Assembly: GCF_009914755.1 (NCBI RefSeq)
Contig: NC_060945.1
Reading direction: 5' to 3' (one strand)
Source of the DNA: the human T2T-CHM13v2.0 reference genome, Homo sapiens
Length of the DNA stretch: 64,000 bases
In this document: one piece after another, positions 16,591 through 34,200 of the stretch
Layout of the letters: each line of letters begins with the position of its first letter
How positions within the stretch are numbered: the first letter of the stretch is position 1
The notes under the pieces: generated by a model
The model's database searches: none
Told to the model about the DNA's origin: nothing
Seen by the model: only the letters and a program-made list of their open reading frames with translations
Position numbers and translations under genes: made by a program

Positions 16591-19500
16591 AACAGTTCAA
16601 TGGGAAGAAACTACTTGTGTGTGATGAATGCACACGTCACAAAGGAGTTAGTCAGAAAACTTCTTTCTACTTTTAATGTGAAGATATTTCCTTTTTCACC
16701 ATATGCCTCAATGTGTTCCCAGGTATCCCTTTGCAGATTCTACAAAAAGACTGTTTCTAAACTGCTCAATAAACAGAATGGTTCAACCCTGTGAGACGAA
16801 TGTGCACATCACAAAGAAGTTTCTCAGAAAACTTCCTTCCCGTTTTTATGTGAAGAGATTTCCTTTTTGAATATAGGCCTCAAAGCACTCCCAAATATAC
16901 CTCTGCAGAATCTACAAAAAGACTGTTTCCAAAGTGCTCAATCAAAAGAATGTTTCAACTCTGTTAGATGAATGCACACATCAGAAAGTAGTTTCTCAGC
17001 AAGCTTCTCACTAGTTTTTAGGTGAAGATAGTTCCTTTTTCAACGTGGTTCTCAAAGCACTCAAAAATATCCCTTTGCAGACTCTAGAATAACAGAGTTT
17101 ATTAACTGCTCAATGAAAAGAAAGATTTACCTCTGTGAGATGAATACACATATCTTAAAGCAGCTTCTCAGAATGCTTCTTTCTAGTTTTTATGTGAAGA
17201 TATTTCCTTTTTCACCATAGGCCTCAACACACACCTAAATATCCCTCTGCAGATTGTACAAAAAGACTTTCCAAACTGCTCAATCAAAACAAATGTTAAA
17301 CTCTATGAGATAAATGCACACATCACAAAAAGTTTCTCAGAAAACTTTTGTCTAGTTTTTATGTGATGATATTTCCTTATTCACCATAGGCCTGAAAGCG
17401 CTACAAATATCCTTCTGCAGATTCTACAAAAAGACTGTTTGCAAACTGCTCAATCCAAAAAATGATTCAACTCTGTGAGATGAATGCACACATCACAAAG
17501 AAGTTTCTCAGAAACATTCTTTATGGTTTTTCTGTGAAGGTATTTCCTTTTTCACCATAGGCCTCAAAGCCCTCACAAATATCCCTTTGCAGATTCTACA
17601 AAAAGACTGTTTCCAAACCGCTCAATAAAAAGAATTATTGAACACTGTGAGATGAATGCACACAGATCAAAGAGGTTTCTCAGAGTCCTTCAGTCTGGTT
17701 TTTATGTGAATATATTTCCTTTTACAACATAGGCCTCAAAGCGCTCCAAATGTCCATTTGCAGACTCTACAAAAAGACTGTTTCCAAACGGCTCAATCAA
17801 AACAAAGTTTCAACTCTGTGTGATTAATGCACACATCATGAAGAAGTTTCTCAGAATGCTTCTGTCTAGTTTTTATGTGAAGATACTTGCTTTTTCACCA
17901 TAGGCCTCAAAGTGCTCACAAATATCCCTTTAGAGATTCTACAAAAATACTTTTTCCAAATTGCTCAATCAAAAGAAAGGTTCAATCCTGTGAGATGTAT
18001 GCACACCACAAAGAGGTTTCTCAGAAAGCTTCTCTCTAGTTTTTACATGAAGATATTTCCTTTTTCACCATAGGCCTCCAAGTGTTCACAAATATCCCTT
18101 TGCAGATTCTACAAAAAGACTCTTTACACATTACTCAATCAAAAGAATGTTTCATCTCTGTGAGGTGAATGCTCACATCACCAGGATGTTTCTCAGAAAG
18201 CTTCTGTGTAGTTTTTATGTGAAGATATTTCCTTTTTCACCATACGCCTCAAAGGGCTCACAAATATCCCTTTGCAGTTTTTAGAAGAAAAGAGTTTCCA
18301 ATCTTCTCAATGAAAAGAAAGAGACACATCTTGGAGATGAATGCACATATCACAAAGCAGTTTCTGAGAAACATTCTGTCTAGTTTTTATGTGAAGGTAT
18401 CTCCTTTTTCACCACAGGATGCAAAGCACTCAAAATTGTTGCTTTGCAGATTCTACAAAAAGTTTGTTTCCACAGTGCTCATCAAAAGAAAGGTTCACCT
18501 CTGTGAGATGAATGCACGTGTCAAAAAGAAGTTTCTCAGAAAGCTTCTATTAAGTTTTCATGTGAATGTTTCCTTTTTCACCATGAGCCTCAAAGTGCTC
18601 ACAAATATCCAGTTGAGGAATATTTACAAAGACTATTTCCAAACCGCTCAACCAAAAGAAAGGTTGAACTGTGTGAGATGAATGCACACATCACAAAGGA
18701 GTTTCTCAGAAACCTTCTTTATAGTTTTTCTGTGAAGATATTTCCTTTTTCATCATAGGCCTCAAAGCCCTCACAAATATCTCTTTGCAGATTCTACAAA
18801 AACACTGTTTCCAAACCACTCAATAAAAATAATTATTGAACTTTTTGAGATGAATGCACACATCTCAAAGAAGTTTCTCAGAAACCTTCAGTCTGGTTTT
18901 TATGTGAATATATTTCCTTTTTCACCATAAGCCTCAAAATGCTCCAAATATCCATTTGCAGGTTCTACAAAAAGACTGTTTCCAAACGGCTCAATGAAAA
19001 GAAAGTTTCAACTTTGTTAGATGAATGCATACATCACTGAGAAGTTTCGCAGGAGAATTCTGTCTAATTTTTATATGAAGACATTTCCTTTTTCACCACA
19101 GGCCTCCATCTGCTCACAAATATCTCTTAGCAGATTCTACAAGAACAGAATTTCCAGACTGATCAAAGAAAACAAACGTTTTTCTCTGTGAGATGAATGC
19201 ACACATCACAAAACTGTTTCTCAGAACCTTCTTTATACTTCTTATGTGATGATATTTCTTTTTTCTCCCTAGGACTCAAAGAGCTCAAAAATATCCCTTT
19301 GCAGATTCTACAAAAATATTGTTTCCAAACTGCACAATCAAAAAAATAGTTCAACTCCATGAGATGAATGCATACGTCACAAAGAAGTTTCTCAGAAACC
19401 TTCTTTATAGTTTTTATATGAAGATATTTCCTTTTTCACCATAGGCCTCAAAGTGCTCAGCAATATCCCTTTGCAGATTCTGCAAAAAGACTGCTTCCCA

Positions 19501-22190
19501 CCTGCTGAATCAAAAAAATGTTTAAACTCTGTGAGATGGATGCACACTTTACAACGAGGTTTCTCAGAAATCTTCTGTCCATTTTTTATGTGAAGATATT
19601 TCCTTTTTCACCATAGCACTCAAAGTCCTGACAAATATTCCTTGCAGATTCTACAAAAAGACTGTTTCCAGACTGCTCAATCAAAAGAATGGTTCAACTC
19701 TGTGAGATGATTGCACACATCACAAAGAAGCCACTAAGAAAGCTTCTGTCTAGTTTTTAAGTGAAGATATTTCCTGTTTCACCATAGGCCTCAAAGCACT
19801 CACAAATATCCCTTTGCAGATTCTACAAGAACAGAGATTCCAGACTGATCAGAGAAAATAAACGTTTACTTCTGTGAGATCAGTGCACACATGACAAAGC
19901 TGTTGCTAAGAACCCTTCTTTATACATTTTATATGAATATATTTCCTTTTTCACCATTGGCCTCAAAGCGCTCATAAATATCCCTTTGCAGATTCCACAA
20001 ACAGACGGTTTCCATACTGCTCAATCAAAAGTAAGTTTCATCTTTGTGAGATGAATGCCCACATCACAAAGAGGTTTCTCAGAAAGCCTCTCACTAATTT
20101 TTATGTGAAGATATTTCCTTTTTCACCATAGGCCTCAAAGCGCTCACAAATATCCCTTTGCAGACTCTACGAGAACAGTTGCCAGACTGACCAGAGAAAA
20201 GAAACATTTACCTCTGTGAGACGAGTGCATACATCACAAAGCTGTTTCTGAGAAACCATGTTTATACTTTTTATGTGAATATATTTCCTTTTTCACCATA
20301 GGTCTTAAAGCACTCATAAATATCCCTTTGCAGATTTTACAAAAAGACTGTTTCCAAACTGTTCAATCAAAAGAATGGTTGAACTCTATGAGATGAATGC
20401 AAACATCACAAAGAAGTTTCTCACAAAGCTGTTTAGTTTTTATGTGAAGATATCTCCTATTTCATCTTAGGTCTCATAGCTCTCAAAAATATGCCTTTAT
20501 GGATTCTACAAAAATACTGTATCCAAATTGCTCAATCCAAAGAGAGGTTCAAATCTGTGACATGAATGCACACATCACAAGGAGGTTTCTCAGAAAGCTT
20601 CTCTCTAGTTTTCCTGTGAAAATATTTCCTTTTCCACCATAGGCTTCAAAGCATCACAAATATCCCTTTGCAGATTCTACCTACCAAAGTACTGTTTACA
20701 AACTGCTCAATCAAAAGAATGTTTCAACTCTGTGAGATGAATTCTCGCATCTCCAAGATGTTTCACAGAAAGCTTCTGTCTAGTTTTTACGTGAAGATAA
20801 TTCCTTTTTCACCATAAACCTCAAAGCGCTGACAAATATCCTTTTGCAGATTTTACAAGAACAGAATTTCCAATCTGCTCAATGAAGGGAAATAGTTACC
20901 TCTGTGGGATGAAAGCACACATCACAAAGCAGTTTCTCAGAAATATTCTGTCTAGTATTTATGTAAAGATAATTCCTTTTTCAACACAGGACACAAAGCG
21001 CTAACTAATAACACTTTGGAAATTCTACAAAATACTGTCTCCAAACTGCTCATCAAAAGAAAGTTTCATCTCTATGCAATGAATGTATATATCAAAAAGA
21101 TGTTTCTCAGAAATCTTCTATCTTGTTTTTATGTGAGTGTGTTTCCTTTTTCACCATGGGCCTCAAAGTGCTCAAAAATATCCCTTTGCAGATCCTAAAA
21201 AAAGACTGTTTCCAAACTGCTGAATGAAAGGAATGGTTCAACTCTGTGAGATGAATGCACACATTACAAAGAAGTTTCTCACAAACCTTCTTTATAGTTT
21301 TTATGTGAAGATATTTCTTTTTAACCATAGACCTCAAAGCACTCACAAATATACCTTTGCAGATTCTACAAAAAGACGGTTTCCCAACTGCTCAATCAAA
21401 AGAATTGTTGAACTCTGTGAGATGAATGCATACATCACAAAGCAGTTTGTCAGAATTCTTTAGTCTAGTTTTTATGTGAAGATATTTTCTCTTTCACCAT
21501 AGGCCTCAAAGTGCTCAGAAATATCCCTTTACAGATTCCACAAAAAGACGTTTCCAAACTGCTCAATCAAAAGAAAGTTTCAATTCTGTGAGATGAATGC
21601 ACACATCACCAAGAAGTTTCTCAGGATGCTTCTGCCTAGTTTTTATGTGAAGACAATTCCTTTTTCACCATAGGGCTCTATGAACTCAAAAATATCCCTT
21701 AGCAGATTCTAAAACAACAGAGTTTGCCATATTATCAAAGAAAAGAATCGTTTAACTCTGTGAGATGAAAGCAGACATCACAAAACAGTTTCTCAGAAAA
21801 CTTCTTTATAGTTTTCTATGAAGATACTTCTTTTTCTGCATAGGCCTCAAAGTGCTCACAAATATCCGTTTGCAGATTCTGCAAAAATACTGTTTCCAAA
21901 CTGCTGAAGCAAAAGAGAGGTTCAAATCTGTGAGATGAATGCACATATCACAAAGAGGTATCTCAGAATCTTTCCTTATACTTTGTATGTGAAGATATTT
22001 CCTTTGTCAACATAAGCCTCAAAGTGATCAAAAATACTCCTTTTCAGATTGTACAAGAACAGAGTTTCCAGACTGATCAGAGAAAAGAAATGCTTACCTC
22101 TGCGAGATGAGTGCACACATCACAAGGCTGTTTTTAGGAAACCTGCTTCACAGTTCTTATGTGAAGGTATGTTTTTTCCACCATAGGCCT
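16591..22190 (-). repeat. Highly divergent ancient-type alpha satellite, inverted
   Basis: Reverse-complement monomers with GCTCACAAATATCCCTTTGCAGATTC. A recurrent variant monomer carries ACAAGAACAGA(G/A)TTTCCAGACTGATCA (about 19140, 19830, 20170, 22055). Confidence 0.95.
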
Positions 22191-22693
22191 CACAGCGTTC
22201 CAAATATCCACTAGCAGATTTTACAAAAAGAGTGTTTCAAAACTGCTCAATCAAAGGAAAGGTTGAACTCTGTGAGATGAATGCAAACATCACAAAGGAG
22301 TTTCTCAGAATGCTTCTGTCTAATTTTTATGTTAAGGTATTTCCCTTTCCACCATAGGCATCAAAGCGCTCCAAATATCCACATGCAGATACGACAAAAA
22401 GACTGTTTCCAAACTGCTCAATCAAAAGTGTGGTTCAACTCTCTGAGATGAATACACACATAACTAAGAAGTTTCTCAGAATGCTTCTGTCTAGTTTTCA
22501 TATGAAGATATTTCCTTTTCCAACATAGGCCTCAAATCGCCCCAAATATCCACTTGTAGATTCTACAAAAAGAATATTTCAAAACTGGTCTATCAAAAGA
22601 AAATTTGAACTCGGTGAGATGAACACACACATCACAAAGAAGTTTCTCAGAATGCTTCTGTCTAGTTTTCCTTTTTTTTGAAGAGATTTTAGC
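22191..22693 (-). repeat. Alpha satellite, about 3 monomers of a different layer
   Basis: The signature changes to CCAAATATCCAC(T/A)..CAGA with GCTTCTGTCTA and TTCCACC. The right edge against the L1 tail is ambiguous (22670-22693). Confidence 0.85.
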
Positions 22694-26889
<4,196 letters not shown>

Positions 26890-26920
<31 letters not shown>

Positions 26921-28287
26921 ACCTTAAGTTTTAGGGTACATGTGCACAATGTGCAGGTTAGTTACATATGTATACATGTGCCATGCTGGTGTGCTGCACC
27001 CATAAACTCGTCATTTAGCATGATATATGTCTCCTAAAGCTATCTCTACCCCCTCCCCCCACCTCACAACAGTTCCTAGAGTGTGATGTTCCCCTTCCTG
27101 TGTCCATGTGTTCTCATTGTTCAATTCCCACCTAAGAGTGAGAATATACAGTGTTTGGTTTTTTGTTCTTCTGATAGTTTACTGAGAATGATGATTTCCA
27201 ATTTCATCCATGTCACTACAAAGGACATGAACTCATCATTTTTTATGGCTGCTTATTATTCCATGGTGTATATGTGCCGCATTTTCTTAATCCAGTCTAT
27301 TATTTTTGGACATTTGAGTTGGTTCCAAGTCTTTGCTATTGTGAATAGTGCCACAATAAACATACGTGTGCATGTGTCTTTATAGCAGCATGATTTATAG
27401 TCCTTTCGGTATATACCCAGTAATGGGATGGCTGGATCAAATGGTATTTGTAGTTTTAGATCCCTGAGGAATTGCCACACTGACTTCCACAATGGTTGAA
27501 CTAGTTTACAGTCCCACCAGCATTGTAAATGTGTTCCTGTTTCTCCACATGCTCTCCAGCACCTGTTGTTTCCTGACTTTTTAATGATTGCCATTCTAAC
27601 TGGTGTGAGATGGTATCGCATTGCAGTTTTGATTTGCATTTCTCTGATGGCCAGTGATGGTGAGCATTTTTTCATGTGTTTTTTGGCTGCATAAATGTCT
27701 TCTTTTGAGAAGTGTCTGTTCATGTCCTTCGCCCACTTTTTGATGGGGTTGTTTGTTTTTTTCCTGTAAATTTGTTTGAGTTTATTGTAGATTCTGGATA
27801 TTAGCCCTCTGTCAGATGAGTAGGTTGTGAAAATTTTCTCCCATTTTGTAGGCTGCCTGTTCACCCTGAAGGTAGTTTCTTTTGCTGTGCAGAAGCTCTG
27901 GTTTAATTAGATCCCATATGTCAATTTTGGCTTGTGTTTCCTTTGCTTTTGGTGTTTTAGACATGAAGTCTTTCCTATGATTATGTCCTGAATGGTAAAG
28001 CCTAGGTTTTCCTCCAGGGTTTTCATGGTTTGAGGTCTAACGTTTAAGTCTTTAATCTGTCTTGAATTAATTTTTGTATAAGCTGTAAGAAAGGGATCCA
28101 ATTTCAGCTTTCTACATGTGTCTAACCATTTTTCCCAGTACCATTTATTAAATAGGAAATCCTGTCCCCATTGCTTGTTTTTCTCAGGTTTGTAGAAGAT
28201 CAGATAGTTGTAGACACGTGGCATTATTTCTGAGGGCTCTGTTCTGTTCCATTGACTATATCTCTGTTTTGGTAGCAGTACCATGCT
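26890..28287 (-). mobile_element. 5'-truncated L1 (L1PA3/PA4-like), about 1.4 kb, with a probable 17-19 bp target-site duplication
   Basis: (TTA)n tail and reverse 3' UTR. ORF2 C-terminal translations [35 protein letters not shown]. Flanks are ATGCTTCTGTGGTTTTT (26878-26894) and ATGCTTCTGTATAGTTTTT (28283-28301). Confidence 0.96.
26892..26920. repeat. (TTA)n microsatellite in the L1 poly(A) tail
   Basis: About 9 TTA units directly before the L1 3' terminus. Confidence 0.9.
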
Positions 28288-31200
28288 TCTGTATAGTTTT
28301 TATGTGAAGTTAATACCTTTTCCAACTTAGGCTGAGAACAGCTCCAAATATCCACTTGCAGATGCTACAAAGAGAGAGTTTCAAAACTGCTCTATCAAAA
28401 TATAGGTTCAACTCTGTAAGTTGAATGCACACATCACAAAGAAGTTTCTCAGAATGCTTCTCTGTAGTTTTTATGTGAAGATATTTCCTTTACAACAATA
28501 GGCCTAAAAGTGCTCCAAATATCCACTTGCAGATTCTACAAAAAGAGTGTTTCCAAACTGCTCAATCAAAAGAGAGGTTGAACTCTGTGAGATGAATGCA
28601 CACATCACTAAGAAGTTTCTCAGAATGCTTCTGTGTAGTTTTTCTGTGAAGATATTCCTTTTTCCACCATAGACTTCAAAGGGCTCCAAATATCCACTTG
28701 GAGATTCTACAAAAAGAGAGTTTCAAAACTGCTCTATCAAAAGATAGTTTCAACTCTGTGAGTTGAATGCACACATCACAAAGTAGATTCTCAGAATGCT
28801 TCTGGGTAGTTTTTATGTGAAGATATTTCCTTTTCCACGATACGCCTCAAAGTGCTCCAAATATCCACTTGCAGATTCTACAAGAAGAGTGTTTCCAAAC
28901 TGGTCAATGCAAAGAAAGGTTCAAGTCTGTGACAGGAATGCACACATCACAAAGAAGTTTCTCAGAATGCTTCTGTGTAGTTTTTCTGTGAAGATATTCC
29001 TTTTTCCACCATAGGCTTCAAAGGGCTCCAAATATCCACTTGGAGATTCTACAAAAAGAGAGTTTCAAAACTGCTCTATCAAAAGATAGTTTCAACTCTG
29101 TGAGTTGAATGCACACATCACAAAGTAGATTCTCAGAATGCTTCTGGGTAGTTTTTATGTGAAGATATTTCCTTTTCCACGATACGCCTCAAAGTGCTCC
29201 AAATATCCACTTGCAGATTCTACAAGAAGAGTGTTTCCAAACTGGTCAATGCAAAGAAAGGTTCAAGTATGTGACAGGAATGCACACATCACAAAGAAGT
29301 TTCTTAGAATGTTTCTGTGTAGTTTTTATGTGAAGATATTTCCTTTTCAACAATAAGCCTAAAAGCGCTCCAAATATCCACGTGCAGATTCTGCAAAGAG
29401 TGTTTCCAAACTGCTCAATCAAAAGAGAGGTTGAACTCTGTGAGATAAATGTAAACATCACTAAAAAGTTTCTCAGAATGCTTCTGTGTAATTTTTCTGT
29501 GTAGATATTCCTTTTTCCACCATAGGTTTCAAAGGACTCCAAATATCCACTTGCAGATTCTAGAAAAAGAGAATTTCAAAGCTGCTCTCTCAAAAGGTAG
29601 GTTCAACTATGTGATTTAAATGCACACATCACAAAGTAGATTCTCAGAATGCTTCTGGGTAGTTTTTATGTGAAGATATTTCATTTTCCACCATACGCCT
29701 CAAAGCGCTCCAAATATCCACTTGCAGATTCTGCAAAAAGAGTGTTTCCAAACTGTTCAATCAAAAGAAGGGTTCAACTCTGAGATAAATGCACAGATCA
29801 CAAAGAATTTTCTGAGAGTGCTTCTGTGTAGATTTTATGTGAAGATATTTCCTTTCCACAATAGACCACAAAGCGCTCCAAATATGCACTTACATTTAAT
29901 ACAAAAAGACTGTTTCAAAACAGCTCAATCAAAAGAAAGGTTCAACTCCGTGAGATGAATGCACACATCACAAAGAAGGTTCTCGGAATAATTCTGTGTA
30001 GTTTTTATGGAAAGATATTTCCTTTTCCACCATCGGCCACAAAGGGCTCAAATTTCCACTTGTAGAGTCTACAAAAAGAGAGTTTCAAAACTGCTCATTC
30101 AAAAGATAGGTTCAACTCTGTGAGTTGAATGAACACAACACAAAGAAGTTTTTCAGAATTCTTCTGTGTGGTTTTTATGTGATCATATTTCCTTTTCCAA
30201 GATAGGCATAAAATCTCTCCAAATATCCCCTTGCAATTTCTACAAAAAGAGTGCTTCCATACTGCTCAACCAAAAGACAGGTTCAACTATGTGAGATGAA
30301 TGCACACATGAAAAGGAAGTTTCTCAGAATGATACTGTGTAGTTTTTATGTTAAGATATTTCCTCTTGCAACATAGGCCACAAAGGGCTCCAAATATCCG
30401 CTTGCATATACTAGAAAAAGAGTTTTTACAAACTGCTCAATAAAAAGAAAGCTTCATATCTGTGAGATGAATGCACACATCACAAAGAAGTTTCTCAGAA
30501 TGCTTCTGTGTAGTTTTTATGTGAAGATATTTCCTTTCCATGCAGGCCCAAAGTGCTCCAAATATCCATTGGAAGATTCTACAAAAAGTGTTTCAAAACT
30601 GCTCAATCAAAATAAATGTTCAACTCTGTGAGATAAAAGCAAGCATCACAAAGAAGTTTCTAAGAATGCTTCTGTGTAGTTTTTATGTGAAGATATTTCC
30701 TTTTCCATCATAGGCCTCAAAGTGCTGCAAATATCCACTTGCCGATTCTACAAAAAGAGTGTTTCCAAACTACTCAATCAAAAGAAAAGTTCAACTCTGT
30801 GAGATGAATGCACACATTGCAAAGGTGGTTCCCAGAATGCTTCTGAGTAGTTTTTCTTGGAAGATATTTCGTTTTCCACCATAGGCCACAAAGGGTTCCA
30901 AACATCCACTTGTACATTCTACAAAAAGAGAGTTTAAAATCTGATCTATCAAAAGATAAGTTCAACTCTGTGAGTTGAATGCACACATCACAAAGAAGTT
31001 TCTCAGAATGCTTCTTTGTAGTTTTTATGTGAAGATATTTCCTTTTCCACATAGGCCTCAAAGAGCTCCAAATACACAGTTGTAGATCCTATGGAAGGAT
31101 TGTTTCAAAACTGCAGAATCAAAAGAAAGGTTCAACTCTGTGAGATGAATGCACACGTTAGAAAGAAGTTTCTCAGAATGATTCTGTGTAGTTTTTATGT

Positions 31201-34200
31201 GAAGATATTTCCTTTTCCACAATAGGCCTCAAAGCACTCCAAATATCCACTTGCAGTTTCTACAAAATTGTGTTTCCAAACTGCTCAATCAGAGAAAGGT
31301 TCAACTCTGTGAGATGAATGAACATATCACAAAGAAGTTTCTCAGAATGCTTCTGTTTAGTTTTTATTGGAAGATATTTCCTTTTCCACCATAGGAGGCA
31401 AAGGGCTGCAAATATCCACTTGCAGATTCTACAAATATAGAGTTTCAAAACTGCTCTATTAAAAGATAAGGTCAACTCTGTGAGTTGAATGCACACATCA
31501 AAAAGTACTTTCTCAGAATGCTTCTGTGTAGTTTTTATGTGAACATATTTCCTTTTCCACCAAAGTCCTCAAAGGGCTCAAAATACTCACTTGCAGATTC
31601 TACAAATAGAGAGTTTTGAAACTGCTCAATCAAAATATAGGTTCAACTCTGTGAGTTGAATGCACACATCACAAAGTTGTCTCTCAGAAGGCTTCTGTGT
31701 AGTTTTTATGTGAAGATATTTCGTTTTCCGCAATAGGCCTGAAAGCACTCCAAATATCCACTTGCAGATTCCACAAAAAGTGTGTTTCCAAAGTGCTCAA
31801 TCAAAAGAACGGTTCAACTCTGTGAGATGAAACCACACATCGCAAAGAAGTTTCTCCGAGTGTTTCTGTGTAGTTTCTATGGGAAAATATTTCCTTTTCT
31901 GCCATCTGCCTCAAAGGGCCCCAAATATCCACTGGCAAATTCTACAAAAAGAGTGTTTTGAAACTGCTAAATCAAAGGAACGGTTCAACTCCGTGAGATG
32001 AATGCACACATCACAAAGAAGTCTCTCAGAATGCTTCTGTGTAGTTTTTATATGTAGATATTTACTTTTTCACAATAGGCCTCAAAGCGCTCCAAATATG
32101 CACTTGCAGATTTTACAAAAAGAGTTTTTAAACACTGCTTAATCAAAAGAAAGCTTCAACTCTGTGAGATGAATGCACACATCACAAAGAAGTTTCTCAG
32201 AATGTTTCTTTCTAGTTTTTATTGGAAGATATTTCCTTTTCCAACATAGGCCACAAAGGGCTTCAAATATCCAGTTGCAGATTCTACAAAAAGAGAGTTT
32301 GCAAACTGCTGAATCAAAACAAAAGTTCAACTCTGTGCAATGAATGCACTCATCACAAAGAAGTTTCTGAGAATGCTTCTGTGTAGTTTTTATGTGAAGA
32401 TATTTCCTTTTCCACAATAGGTGTCAGAGCACTCCAATTATGCACTTGCAGATTCTACAAAAAAAGTGTTTCAAAACTGTCCCATCAAATTGAAGGTTCA
32501 ACTCTGTGAGACGAATGTACACATCACAAAGTAGTTTCTCAGAATGCTTCTGTGTAGCTTTTATGTGAAGATATTTCCTTTTCCACCATAGGCTGCAAAG
32601 GGCTCCACATATCCACTTGCAGATTCTACAAGAAGAGGGTTTTAAAACTGGTCTATCAAAAGATAGGTTCAACTCCGTGAGTAGCATGCAAACATCACAA
32701 ATAAGTTTCTCAGAATGCTTCTGTGTAGTTTTTATGTGGAGATATTTCCTTATCCACAATAGGCTGCAACGGGCTCCAAATATCCACTTGCAGATTCTAC
32801 AAAAGGAGTGTTTCCAAACTGCTCAATCAAAATTAAGTTTCAACTCTGTGAGATGAAAGCACACATCACAAATAAGTTTCTCAAAATGCTTCTGTGTAAT
32901 TTCTTTGGGAAGATGTTTCCTTTTCCACCATCTGCCACAAAGGGTTCCAAATATCCAATTGCAGATTCTAAAAAACGGGAGCTTCAAAACAGTTCTATAG
33001 AAACATAGGTTGAACTCAGTGTGTTGAATACGCACTTCACAAAGAAGTTTCTCTGAATGCTTCTGTGTAGTTTCTATGTAAAGATATTTCCTTTGCCACC
33101 ATAGGCCTCAAAGCACTCCAAATATCCACTTGCAGATTCTAAAAAGAAAGTGTTTCGAAACTGCTCAATCAAAAGAAAGGTTCAACTCTGTGAGATAAAT
33201 CCGCACATCACAAAGAATTTTCTCAGAATGCTTCTGTGTAGTTTTTATGTGAAGATATTTCCTTTTCCACCATAGATCACAAAGCACTCAAAATATCCAC
33301 TTGCAGATTCTACAAAAATGGTGTTTCCAAACCGCTCAATGAAAAGAAAGGTTCAACTCTGTGAGATGAAAGCACACATCACAAAAAAGTTTCTGAAAAT
33401 GCTTCTGTGTAGTTTTTATGTGAAGATATTTCCTTTTCCACAATAGGTCTCAAATAGCTTCCAATATCCACTTGCAGATCCTATAAAAAGAGGGTTTCAA
33501 AACTGCTCAATCAAAAGAAAGGTTCAACTCTGTGAGCTGAATGCAGACATCACAAAGAAGTTTCTCCGAATGCTTCTGTGTAGTATTTAGGTGAAGATAT
33601 TTCCTTTTCCACCATAGGCCTCAAACAGCTCAAAATATCCACTTGACGACAGTATAAAAAGATTGTTTCCAAACTGTTCAATCAAAAGAGAGTTTCACCT
33701 CTGTGAGATGAATGCACATATCACAAAGAAGTTTCTCAGGATGATTCTGTGTAGTTTTTATGTGAAGATATTTCCTATTCCACCCATAGGCCTCAAAGTG
33801 CTCCAAATATCCACTTGCAGATTCTACAAATAGAGTGTTTCCAAACTGCTCCATCAGAAGAAAGGTTTAACTCTGTGAGATGAATGCGCACATCACAGAG
33901 ATATTTCTCAGAATGCTTCTGTGTAGTTGTTATATGAATATATGTCCTTTTCCTACACAGACCTCAAATCTCTCCAAATATCTACTTGCAGATCCTACAA
34001 AAAGAGTGTTTCCAAACTGCTTAATCAAAAAAAATGTTCAAATCTGTCAGATGAATGCACACATCATAAGGAAGTTTCTCAGATTGCTTCTGTGTCGTTT
34101 TCATGTGAAGATATTTCCTTTTCCAACAAAGGCTTCAAAGGGCTTCCAATATCCACTTGCAGATTCTACAAAAACAATGTTTGCAAACTGCTCAATTAAA

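Noticed and set aside
22670-22693. Possible short L1 3' transduction (GAAGAGATTTTAGC between two T tracts), and a shared insertion site with the third L1
   Set aside because: The tag is better explained as diverged alpha sequence (TGAAGATATTTGCTTTT) continuing in phase, so neither claim is supported.
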